Positions 41,424 to 50,611 of a stretch of DNA of 64,000 nucleotides are shown one piece after another (the first letter of the stretch is position 1; each line of letters begins with the position of its first letter). The DNA comes from Sedimentisphaerales bacterium (GTDB lineage: Bacteria > Planctomycetota > Phycisphaerae > Sedimentisphaerales > SM23-30): assembly GCA_963666285.1 (NCBI GenBank), contig OY762711.1. One strand, given 5' to 3'. The position numbers and the translations under genes were made by a program. Below the pieces are notes generated by a model. The model did not search any database, had not been told where the DNA came from, and saw only the letters and a list, made by a program, of their open reading frames with translations.

Positions 41424-42071
41424 ATGAAATTATCGCAAATGGTGTTAATATTGATATTGACTGTTAACATATCCTATGGGAGTATTCGAGATGCTAACGG
41501 TATAACCAATGATGGAATAATATCAAATAATGAATATGGCTATAATGTACGAGTAAGCGAAGACAGTGTTTTAACAATTACAGGTGGCGGAGCTGATGAC
41601 ATTGAATTGAAAGATTATTCTCATTTAGATGTCCTATCAACTAAAACTCCACTATCAGACGGTAATAATGGTGGAGGTGGAATATACAACATTGTTCCCA
41701 GCGACAACAGCACTATCACTTTTTCCGGTGGTGTTGCCAACTATATTTATGTCCAAAAAGATGCAGCGGCAATCATCAATGGCGGCCAGGTCAATCTGAT
41801 CAGAACTGCACAATATGAATATGTCGGAAAAACAATTACAATAGAATGCTGTGATGGCTGGTCCTGGCTTTATGATAACGAAGGAGAAATTAACGGTATT
41901 ACCGGGCAATGGTATAAGTACGGCAATGACGAATTTTCGATAAAATTCTTGAATATTGATAAACCATTATTAACAGATACTTATACTCATGTAAAGGTTG
42001 TTACCCCTGAACCTGCAACTATCGTTCTGCTTACTCTGGGCGGAGTGATAATGAAAAGACGATGTGTATAA
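41424..42071 (+). CDS. PEP-CTERM surface protein, array copy 1
   Basis: AGGAG RBS; signal peptide; C-terminal TPEPATIVLLTLGGVIMKRR. Confidence 0.92.
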   Translation: MKLSQMVLILILTVNISYGSIRDANGITNDGIISNNEYGYNVRVSEDSVLTITGGGADDIELKDYSHLDVLSTKTPLSDGNNGGGGIYNIVPSDNSTITFSGGVANYIYVQKDAAAIINGGQVNLIRTAQYEYVGKTITIECCDGWSWLYDNEGEINGITGQWYKYGNDEFSIKFLNIDKPLLTDTYTHVKVVTPEPATIVLLTLGGVIMKRRCV

Positions 42072-42094
42072 TTCTCTTAATCACAGGAGAAATA

Positions 42095-42745
42095 ATGAAA
42101 TTTTCACAAATGATGTTAATATTGATATTGACTGTTAACATATCTTACGGGAGTATTTCTGATGCTAATGGGTTAACCAGTGATGGAATAATATCAGATG
42201 GTGAATATGGTACTAATGTACAGGTAAGTGAAGACAGTATTTTAACTTTTACAGGAGGAGGATCAAATGTTGTTGAACTTGGAGACTATTCTCATTTAGA
42301 GGTTATTTCAACTAAAACACCATTATCAGGCTACTATGAGGGGGGGGGTGGGATTTATAACATTACTTCTAATGATAACAGCACTGTTACTTTTTCCGGT
42401 GGTGTTGCCAACTATATTTATGTCCAAAAAGATGCAGCAGCAATCATCAATGGCGGACAGGTCAATCTGATTAGAAGTATTCAAAAACCTACTGCCGGCG
42501 AAACAATTACAATTGAATGCTGCGAGGGTTGGTCCTGGCTTTATGATAACGAAGGAGAAATCAACGGCATTACCGGGCAGTGGTATAAGTACGGCAATGA
42601 CGAATTTTCGATAAAATTCCTAAACGATACCATACAATACAAATATCCAGATACTTATACTCATGTAAAGGTTGTTACCCCTGAACCCGCAACTATCGTT
42701 CTGCTTACTCTGGGCGGAGTGATAATGAAAAGACGATGTGTATAA
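42095..42745 (+). CDS. PEP-CTERM surface protein, array copy 2
   Basis: Start reassigned to ATG 42095 after AGGAG; paralog of copy 1; G9 tract at 42340-42348. Confidence 0.92.
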   Translation: MKFSQMMLILILTVNISYGSISDANGLTSDGIISDGEYGTNVQVSEDSILTFTGGGSNVVELGDYSHLEVISTKTPLSGYYEGGGGIYNITSNDNSTVTFSGGVANYIYVQKDAAAIINGGQVNLIRSIQKPTAGETITIECCEGWSWLYDNEGEINGITGQWYKYGNDEFSIKFLNDTIQYKYPDTYTHVKVVTPEPATIVLLTLGGVIMKRRCV

Positions 42746-42768
42746 TTCTCTTAATCACAGGAGAAAAA

Positions 42769-43416
42769 ATGAAATTTTCACAAATGATGTTAATACTGGC
42801 ATTGGTTAATATCTCATATGGAAGTATTTACGATTCAAATGGTCTTGCAAGCGATGGAATAATTTCTGATGGTGAATATGGCACTAATGTACAGGTAAGC
42901 GAAGACAGTATTTTAACAGTAACTGGCGGAGGAGCTGAACAGATTAGACTATTTGATAATTCTCATTTAGAAATCATTTCAACCAAAACACCATTATCAG
43001 ACTACTACGAAGGCGGAGGTGGAATATATTATATTACTCCCAGCGATAACAGCACTGTTACTTTTTCTGGTGGTATAGCCAACTATATTTATGTCCTAAA
43101 AGATGCAGCAGCAATCATCAATGGCGGACAGGTCAATCTGATTAGAAGTATTCAAAAACCTACTGCCGGCGAAACTATTACAATTGAATGCCGCGAGGGC
43201 TGGTCCTGGCTTTACGATAACGAAGGAGAAATCAACGGCATTGCCGGGCAATGGTATAAGTACGGCAATGACGAATTTTCGATAAAATTCCTAAATGATA
43301 CTATTGTATATTCATTCCCCGACACCTGGACTCATGTAAAGGTTGTTACCCCTGAACCTGCAACTATCGTTCTCCTTACTCTGGGCGGAGTGATAATGAA
43401 AAGACGATGTGTATAA
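42769..43416 (+). CDS. PEP-CTERM surface protein, array copy 3
   Basis: ATG 42769 after AGGAG; PEP-CTERM tail. Confidence 0.92.
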   Translation: MKFSQMMLILALVNISYGSIYDSNGLASDGIISDGEYGTNVQVSEDSILTVTGGGAEQIRLFDNSHLEIISTKTPLSDYYEGGGGIYYITPSDNSTVTFSGGIANYIYVLKDAAAIINGGQVNLIRSIQKPTAGETITIECREGWSWLYDNEGEINGIAGQWYKYGNDEFSIKFLNDTIVYSFPDTWTHVKVVTPEPATIVLLTLGGVIMKRRCV

Positions 43417-43439
43417 TTCTCTTAATCACAGGAGAAAAA

Positions 43440-44081
43440 ATGAAATTTTTACAAATGATGTTAATATTGATATTGACTGTTAACGTATCTTACGGGAGTA
43501 TTTCTGATACAAATGGTTTTGCCAACGATGGTTTGTTAGTGAATAATGAATATGGTTCTAATGTACAGGTCAGTGAAGACAGTATTTTGACAGTGTCTGG
43601 CGGAGGAGCTGAACAGATTAGGCTATTTGACTATTCTCACTTAGTAGTCACTTCAACATCTCAACCGTTTATCGAGTATGAAAGTGGATTGTCATGGGTT
43701 GTTCCTAGCGACAACAGCACTGTTACTTTTTCCGGTGGTGTTGCCAACTATATTTATGTCCAAAAAGATGCAGCAGCAATCATCAATGGCGGACAGGTCA
43801 ATCTGATTAGAAGTATTCAAAAACCTACTGCCGGCGAAACAATTACAATTGAATGCTGCGAGGGTTGGTCCTGGCTTTATGATAACGAAGGAGAAATCAA
43901 CGGCATTACCGGGCAGTGGTATAAGTACGGCAATGACGAATTTTCGATAAAATTCCTAAACGATACCATACAATACAAATATCCAGATACTTATACTCAT
44001 GTAAAGGTTGTTACCCCTGAACCCGCAACTATCGTTCTGCTTACTCTGGGCGGAGTGATAATGAAAAGACGATGTGTATAA
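43440..44081 (+). CDS. PEP-CTERM surface protein, array copy 4
   Basis: ATG 43440 after AGGAG; PEP-CTERM tail. Confidence 0.92.
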   Translation: MKFLQMMLILILTVNVSYGSISDTNGFANDGLLVNNEYGSNVQVSEDSILTVSGGGAEQIRLFDYSHLVVTSTSQPFIEYESGLSWVVPSDNSTVTFSGGVANYIYVQKDAAAIINGGQVNLIRSIQKPTAGETITIECCEGWSWLYDNEGEINGITGQWYKYGNDEFSIKFLNDTIQYKYPDTYTHVKVVTPEPATIVLLTLGGVIMKRRCV

Positions 44082-44104
44082 TTCTCTTAATCACAGGAGA
44101 AAAA

Positions 44105-44755
44105 ATGAAATTTTCACAAATGATGTTAATACTGGCATTGGTTAATATCTCATATGGAAGTATTTACGATTCAAATGGTCTTGCAAGCGATGGAATAATT
44201 TCTGATGGTGAATATGGCACTAATGTACAGGTAAGCGAAGACAGTATTTTAACAGTAACTGGCGGAGGAGCTGAACAGATTAGACTATTTGATAATTCTC
44301 ATTTAGAAATCATTTCAACCAAAACACCATTATCAGACTACTACGAAGGCGGAGGTGGAATATATTATATTACTCCCAGCGATAACAGCACTGTTACTTT
44401 TTCTGGTGGTATAGCCAACTATATTTATGTCCTAAAAGATGCAGCAGCAATCATCAATGGCGGACAGGTCAATCTGATTAGAAGTATTCAAAAACCTACT
44501 GTTGGCGAAACAATTACAATTGAATGCTGCGAGGGTTGGTCCTGGCTTTACGATAACGAAGGAGAAATCAACGGCATTACAGGGCAGTGGTATAAGTACG
44601 GCAATGACGAATTTTCGATAAAATTCCTAAACGATACCATACAATACAAATATCCAGATACTTATACTCATGTAAAGGTTGTTACCCCTGAACCTGCAAC
44701 TATCGCTCTGCTTACCCTGTGTGGTTTGCTTGCCAAAAGAAATAGACAGTTCTGA
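44105..44755 (+). CDS. PEP-CTERM surface protein, array copy 5 (distinct tail)
   Basis: ATG 44105; tail TPEPATIALLTLCGLLAKRNRQF. Confidence 0.92.
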   Translation: MKFSQMMLILALVNISYGSIYDSNGLASDGIISDGEYGTNVQVSEDSILTVTGGGAEQIRLFDNSHLEIISTKTPLSDYYEGGGGIYYITPSDNSTVTFSGGIANYIYVLKDAAAIINGGQVNLIRSIQKPTVGETITIECCEGWSWLYDNEGEINGITGQWYKYGNDEFSIKFLNDTIQYKYPDTYTHVKVVTPEPATIALLTLCGLLAKRNRQF

Positions 44756-44784
44756 TTCCATAATTCCACAACAATATAACTTGC

Positions 44785-44823
44785 AAACGCTGGACGAATT
44801 TATAATCGCCCGGCGTTTTTTTT
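44785..44823 (+). terminator. Intrinsic terminator closing the array
   Basis: AAACGCTGGACGA...TCGCCCGGCGTTT followed by a T run. Confidence 0.8.
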
Positions 44824-45110
44824 CAACAAACACCTGAATGGGCCTTCCTGTTGCCTGTGTTATTAAAAAAGCTTGGTCCGCGTTGCAATGGCAAAATATA
44901 TCGATTATACCGCCTGATATAATCGTATCAGTCAGGCATCTAAGGTCATCCTGATAATATCAATAATTCTTAACAATTATATGTATTCCTTCACTTTAAA
45001 TATTACACTTTCCCTATATTGTCCACCTGTTCTGACCGATAATTGTCAATGGTGTGATAAGTAAAGCGATAATGGATGAATATATATACCTTAATGAGGT
45101 TGAGAGAGAA

Positions 45111-48100
45111 TTGAAAAGAGCTAGAGGACCAAAAAGAATAACCGGGCTGTTATTCTGTTTTCTGATTATTATTTTTGTCAGTGATGCACGTGCAATTATT
45201 CGTCATCCGGACGATGGCGGCGGCAATCCGTTTGCCCATCCATCTGACAATATTATCGGAAAATGGGGATCGAACGCTTCTTGTGTTGCGATTGCGCCCG
45301 ATCTTGTTATTACCACCTGTCATCAGGGCGGTGGGGTCGGCACTTATGTCTCTATTGCCGGCGGCAGCTATCGTGTATCTGCTGTTTACCAGGCAACCTA
45401 TGATGGTACCGACCTCGATATGAGAATCGCCCAGCTCACCGGTGCCTCTCTTACCGAATACGTTGAAATCTATACCGGATCTATAGACTCTCTGCTCAAT
45501 GCCGAACTTACTATTGGCGGATGGGGTAAAGACCGTGGTGATACCATTGAATATGGTGGTAAGCCCTGTGAATATTATTGGGCGAGCCAGAGAAGTGATT
45601 CTTTGCAGTGGTGTACCAATATATGCCATAGATTTACGCCGTTGACAGGTATTGATTATCTCGTCTGCGATTTTGACGGTCCGGACCCGACAATCGATGA
45701 TCCGGCGACAACTTACGAAGGCATTATTGCCGAGTATGATTCCGGCGGCGGATGGTTTGTTTATAGCAATGGCTGGAAGCTCGTCGCTCTATCTGCACGG
45801 GTTGAAAGAGCTGATAAAGCCAGGTTCCGCAGGTATTATCTCGAACAGTTTGTAGCTGACCCTGACGATTTCAAAGGGCCGAATGTTACTGTTGTTGCTG
45901 ACTGGATTGATGGCTATGTTCAGCAGCATCTGCCAAACAGTGGTCCGTACCTTACTTCGCCGTCCAACTATACCGTAACTGCCGGCAGCAGGCTAAGCTT
46001 TAACCTGTATCTAAGTGATGCCGAAGGTGATGGCTTTTCTGTTGCTTGCGATAGCAAACCAACCGGCTCTGCTTTTGATTCTTCCAGCAAGACGTTTTCA
46101 TGGGAGCCGGACTACGGTTCTGAAGGCAGTTATTCTGCCGGATTTACCGCAACTGATGATAGGGGCAAATCGACTAGTTTTGATATCGCTATTACCGTAC
46201 AGCGTGGCAACCGCTCACCGGAACTAGACTCTGTAAGCAACCAGGCAGTTACCGAAACGGGAAATCTGTCATTTAGCGTATCAGCCTCTGACCCGGATGG
46301 TGATACCATTTCTTATAGCTTAAACAATGCGCCGTCCGGCATGCAGATCAACAGCAGCACCGGCGCTGTCAGCTGGCTGACGGATTATAGTGATGCCGGT
46401 TCGTATTCTATAACAATAATAGCTTCAGACGGTTCGCTTTCAGACTCACAGTTAATAACTGTTACTGTAAATAATAAAAATCGCGATCCGCAAATTTCCG
46501 TTTCCGGTGATACCACCCCGAAATTTACCGATGGGCTAAACTTGACTGTTAATACTTCAGATCCGGATAATGACGGACTTACTGTCAGCGTAAACAATTT
46601 ACCCACTGGTGCGGTTTTCAACTCATCTACCGGTAAGATCACTTGGGCTACCGACAAAGATGATATGGGTGATTATAGCTTTACCGTCAATGTTTCCGAC
46701 GGCCAGGCAAATATCAGCAGCAATATTAGTTTTACCATTGCCGACGATCCGGATTATGTCGAAAACTACCCGCCGGTATTGTCTCCGCTTAACGAAGTCT
46801 CTGCCGATGAAGGCACTCTTGTTACCTTCACTGCCCAGGCTTCCGACCAGAATGGTGATACCATTACTTACAGCTTGAGCGGCGCACCGTCCGGCATGCA
46901 GATCAACAGCAGTACCGGCACAGTTACATGGTCAACCGACTACTCCGATGCCGGTTCCTATACCATAACTGTTATCGCCTCTGACGGTTTGCTTTCAGAC
47001 AGTCAGCAGGTTGCTGTAACCATAAACAACAAAAATCGCAGCCCGGAAATATCTGTTACAGGCAATACCGCTCCAAAATTCACGGCTGGACTTTCTCTTT
47101 CTGTAAATACCACAGATCCGGATAATGATGCTCTAACCATAACTGTTGAAAACCTGCCGACTGGAGCGCTGTTTAACTCTTCAACCGGCATGATCACCTG
47201 GTCAACTGATAAGGATGATGTCGGTCAGTATAGTATCAGGGTTACGGCTTCTGATAGTCAGGAAAATGCGATAAGCACAATAGTTGTTACTATTGCTGAC
47301 GATCCTGATTATGTTGAAAACCATAATCCTGTTATGGCTGCAATCAGTGATATAGCTGCTGATGAAGGTACTCTTTTTACCTTTACTGCCCAGGCTTCAG
47401 ACCCGGATGGCGACACCATAATATACAGCTTAGCCAATACCCCGTCCGGCATGCAGATCAACAGCAGTACCGGCACAGTTACATGGTTAACCGGCTACTC
47501 TGATGCCGGTTCCTATACCATAACTGTTATCGCCTCTGACAGCTCGCTTTCAGACAGTCAGCAGGTTGCTGTAACCATAAACAACAAAAATCGCAGCCCG
47601 GAAATATCTGTTTCCGGCAATACCGGTCCGCTGTTCACTGCCGGTCTTGAATTGACCGTTTCCATCACCGACCCGGATGGCGATGATGTTACTGTCTCTG
47701 TTGATGATCTGCCAACTGGTGCCAAATACAACAAGGCAAGTGGCATTATCAGCTGGACAACTGAATTTGAAGATATTGGCCAATACACAATAATTGTATC
47801 TGCCTCGGACGGCGAAACTGATGTTAACAAAAGTGTTACTATTACCATCGCCGATGACCCTGCATATGTCGATAATGACCCTCCGGTAATCGTTCCGGTT
47901 GATTCTATCTCTGTTAATGAAGGTGAGACTATCGCTTTTGCCTTACAGGTAAGCGATCCGGATGGCGATTCGCTCACTGTCAATGTCAGTAACCTCCCGA
48001 ACGGTGCTGTTTTTGTTAACAATACATTTACCTGGCTGACCGGGGCTGATGATATTGGCAACTATTCGCTGTTGTTTACTGTCTCTGATGGTATTGACAC

Positions 48101-50336
48101 TGCGTCAATGACGGTTTATATGGAAATAAAAGACGTTAACTATTCTCCGTCTGCTAAAGTTACAGGCAGCACCAAGGCCATAGCCGGTGAACCGATCTCG
48201 CTTGTTATCGAGGCGAGTGACCCAGACGGCGATGTGTTAACTTATTCGCTTAAAGCCGCCCCGAAAACTATGGCTATTAGCGGCGCTAATATCAACTGGA
48301 ATACTTCCGAAGATGATGACGGTACCTATAAATTTACAGTTATCGTTTCTGACGGTCAGGACAATGTGTCGGTTCCTGTTACCATAACTCTGATATCAGC
48401 TGACCAGGACAGGGAATCGCCGTTTATCGTCTCAACTTATCCGGCTGACGGCAATATCCAGATTCCGCTGAATCCGCTTATTACTATTACCCTTGCCGAT
48501 TATGGTGATGGTATTGACTATGAAACTGTCAGTATAACGATAGATGGCGAAGACATCTTGGCCGGTTCTTCCATTTCTTCTGTTGCCGATGATTCCGACC
48601 AGGTATTATACAGCTCTCAATCAAGCAAGGTTGTTCGTACCGGAAACTCTTCTAGATACACCTACCAGTATCAGGCCGAGGATATGTTCGATTACGACTA
48701 CAGCCCGGAAGTTATTGTCAGTGCCAAAGACCTCAACGGCAACCAGATGCCGCCGTATAGTTTCAGCTTTACTACCGAAATGTTCAGTATGGCCGCGGCA
48801 ATACCCGTAGATGAAGCCAAATCCGTTACTGGCAGCGAATATCAATGCGATCCGGTTATCTCAATCGGCCAGAATGATATCGTCTGGTCAGCATGGTGTG
48901 AAGGACCTTCTGCTAGCAGGGCGATTCAGTTCGCTCCTTATTATAACAATACCGGCCAATTCGATACTGCCCGGACTATCACCGGCACTGCTGATATGGC
49001 ATCCGTTGATATTGCGGTGGACGATTCTGGACGATTGTATTTCGTCTGGCAGGATAACTCCGCCGGTAACTGGGATATCTACGCCGCTCGCAGTAGTGAC
49101 GGTATTACACTTGATATCGAAACCGCAGTTGTCGAAGGTGAAGAAGATCAGACTGCACCTGTTATAACTATTGGTGAAAACGGTCGGCTGTATGTCGCTT
49201 ATGTGGTAGAACGAAAGACCGGCAGGGATATTTATCTTTCCGAGCTGGACGACAGTCTCAGTTTTATCTCAGAATCTGCCGTCTGCTCCTATTCCGGCCA
49301 ACAGGACAATCCTGTCATAGCTTCCGGCCCTGACGGCGATATTCATATCGCCTGGGAAGACTATCGCGATGGCAATTGTGCCGTATATGCAGCTTCGCTT
49401 AACAACAGCTTTACTAATTACATAATTGCAGCAAACTCAGACCAGCCTGATATTGTTACCGACAGCAGCGGTAAATACCTCCACACCGCATGGCGATCAA
49501 ACGATGATATCTTCTATAGCAAGATAGCACTTCCGCTTTCCGGTAAGGCTGTTACAGCTGTTAACGTGATTGACGACAGTACCTTGGCTGCCCAGTCCGG
49601 TCCGTCTATATGCCATTATAGTGACGACAAAAAATCCCGGACGCTTGTCTCGTGGACCGACGCTCGCAATGCCGCTGATAATAACGATTATGATATTTAT
49701 TTCGCATCTGTTGACAAGGCTTCTATGACCAATATACTGGCTACTGTCGATACCAATCTGGATTGTCAGTCTGCTTCGGCTATTGCTTCCGGCAGCTCCG
49801 GCACTCCATATGTCCTTTTCCAGGAACTATCCGATTCCGGTCGACAGATACAGATGGCGTCAGCAACTCTGGTCGAAGCTACTCTAAGCAGGATGAACGT
49901 AACTGCCGCAGACGGTGGCTGTGTCGGCATACCGCTCGAAATGGTTGACAGTGTTGACGATGTCTCTATTACCGTCCCGCAAAACGCGCTCAGCAGCGAT
50001 ATCGAAATGACTATCTCGCGTGTTAGTAACCCGCCTAGTGACGGCCAGGGCGTAACCAGCCTGTTCAGCTACGATTTCGGCCCGTCCAGTACCCGCGAGT
50101 TCCGCAAGCCGCTAACTGTGGTTATACCATATCCCAAACAGATTGGCGGCACAGAAGTTACCGTTTACTGGTACAACCCCCAGACCGGTTCTTACTCACA
50201 AACCGGCATGTCCGGCATAGAAACGCTAAATATCAACAGCGAGCTCAACGCTGTACGGTTCAATACCACCCATTTCTCTCAATATTCGGTCTCGTCGAAT
50301 TTTGTACCGTGGATTACCAGCAGTTTAGCGGAATAA
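45111..50336 (+). CDS. Giant secreted protein: trypsin-like protease, tandem cadherin/He_PIG-like Ig repeats, propeller-like region, ZU5-like C-terminus (ORF open from 45054)
   Basis: Signal peptide; TTCHQGG / DLDMRI / YDSGGGWF triad-like motifs; repeated ASDPDGDTIxYSL..PSGMQINSSTG..W; SLFSYDFGP...RFNTTHFSQY. Confidence 0.82.
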   Translation: MKRARGPKRITGLLFCFLIIIFVSDARAIIRHPDDGGGNPFAHPSDNIIGKWGSNASCVAIAPDLVITTCHQGGGVGTYVSIAGGSYRVSAVYQATYDGTDLDMRIAQLTGASLTEYVEIYTGSIDSLLNAELTIGGWGKDRGDTIEYGGKPCEYYWASQRSDSLQWCTNICHRFTPLTGIDYLVCDFDGPDPTIDDPATTYEGIIAEYDSGGGWFVYSNGWKLVALSARVERADKARFRRYYLEQFVADPDDFKGPNVTVVADWIDGYVQQHLPNSGPYLTSPSNYTVTAGSRLSFNLYLSDAEGDGFSVACDSKPTGSAFDSSSKTFSWEPDYGSEGSYSAGFTATDDRGKSTSFDIAITVQRGNRSPELDSVSNQAVTETGNLSFSVSASDPDGDTISYSLNNAPSGMQINSSTGAVSWLTDYSDAGSYSITIIASDGSLSDSQLITVTVNNKNRDPQISVSGDTTPKFTDGLNLTVNTSDPDNDGLTVSVNNLPTGAVFNSSTGKITWATDKDDMGDYSFTVNVSDGQANISSNISFTIADDPDYVENYPPVLSPLNEVSADEGTLVTFTAQASDQNGDTITYSLSGAPSGMQINSSTGTVTWSTDYSDAGSYTITVIASDGLLSDSQQVAVTINNKNRSPEISVTGNTAPKFTAGLSLSVNTTDPDNDALTITVENLPTGALFNSSTGMITWSTDKDDVGQYSIRVTASDSQENAISTIVVTIADDPDYVENHNPVMAAISDIAADEGTLFTFTAQASDPDGDTIIYSLANTPSGMQINSSTGTVTWLTGYSDAGSYTITVIASDSSLSDSQQVAVTINNKNRSPEISVSGNTGPLFTAGLELTVSITDPDGDDVTVSVDDLPTGAKYNKASGIISWTTEFEDIGQYTIIVSASDGETDVNKSVTITIADDPAYVDNDPPVIVPVDSISVNEGETIAFALQVSDPDGDSLTVNVSNLPNGAVFVNNTFTWLTGADDIGNYSLLFTVSDGIDTASMTVYMEIKDVNYSPSAKVTGSTKAIAGEPISLVIEASDPDGDVLTYSLKAAPKTMAISGANINWNTSEDDDGTYKFTVIVSDGQDNVSVPVTITLISADQDRESPFIVSTYPADGNIQIPLNPLITITLADYGDGIDYETVSITIDGEDILAGSSISSVADDSDQVLYSSQSSKVVRTGNSSRYTYQYQAEDMFDYDYSPEVIVSAKDLNGNQMPPYSFSFTTEMFSMAAAIPVDEAKSVTGSEYQCDPVISIGQNDIVWSAWCEGPSASRAIQFAPYYNNTGQFDTARTITGTADMASVDIAVDDSGRLYFVWQDNSAGNWDIYAARSSDGITLDIETAVVEGEEDQTAPVITIGENGRLYVAYVVERKTGRDIYLSELDDSLSFISESAVCSYSGQQDNPVIASGPDGDIHIAWEDYRDGNCAVYAASLNNSFTNYIIAANSDQPDIVTDSSGKYLHTAWRSNDDIFYSKIALPLSGKAVTAVNVIDDSTLAAQSGPSICHYSDDKKSRTLVSWTDARNAADNNDYDIYFASVDKASMTNILATVDTNLDCQSASAIASGSSGTPYVLFQELSDSGRQIQMASATLVEATLSRMNVTAADGGCVGIPLEMVDSVDDVSITVPQNALSSDIEMTISRVSNPPSDGQGVTSLFSYDFGPSSTREFRKPLTVVIPYPKQIGGTEVTVYWYNPQTGSYSQTGMSGIETLNINSELNAVRFNTTHFSQYSVSSNFVPWITSSLAE
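46332..47611 (+). repeat. Intragenic 555-bp (185-aa, two-domain) tandem repeat, about 3 units
   Basis: ccgtccggcatgcagatcaacagcag recurs at about 46332, 46887 and 47442; units 2 and 3 are near-identical over about 170 bp. Confidence 0.8.
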
Positions 50337-50611
50337 TATTGTTTTAATATGGTTTACTTCTGACCGGTTCTGTACTACTATCCATTATATTCTTGTTTTT
50401 TTATGTGTTGTCTTACCAATACCATTCATAAGTAATTGCAACTTTAAATATAATAGCAGTTTCAAACTGAACGAACATTTTTTATTTTATACTTTACACT
50501 TTCTTAGGAGCGTCCGTCCTAAGTGTACTTGCATGGCGAATGTATTTGCGTTATAATTTCTCCTTGTGCTTTATTTTTTGGACGATTTCTTTATGCATAA
50601 GGATATGGCTT

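Larger units (their letters stand above)
42377..44501 (+). repeat. 789-bp exact direct repeat (42377-43165 = 43713-44501)
   Basis: Compared by eye, no mismatch found; offset 1336 bp. Confidence 0.88.

Noticed and set aside
42062..42094. ORF-track N-terminal extensions MCIILLITGE on copies 2-5
   Set aside because: This upstream ATG overlaps the previous gene's end. The AGGAG RBS and homology to copy 1 place the starts 33 bp downstream.
41424..44755. Diversity-generating retroelement explanation for the array
   Set aside because: No reverse transcriptase in the window. Differences include indels and block swaps and are not confined to adenines, and all copies are full genes.
41424..44755. CRISPR array or shufflon
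   Set aside because: Units are ~670-bp coding paralogs in direct orientation; no short repeat-spacer structure, cas genes, inverted sites or recombinase.
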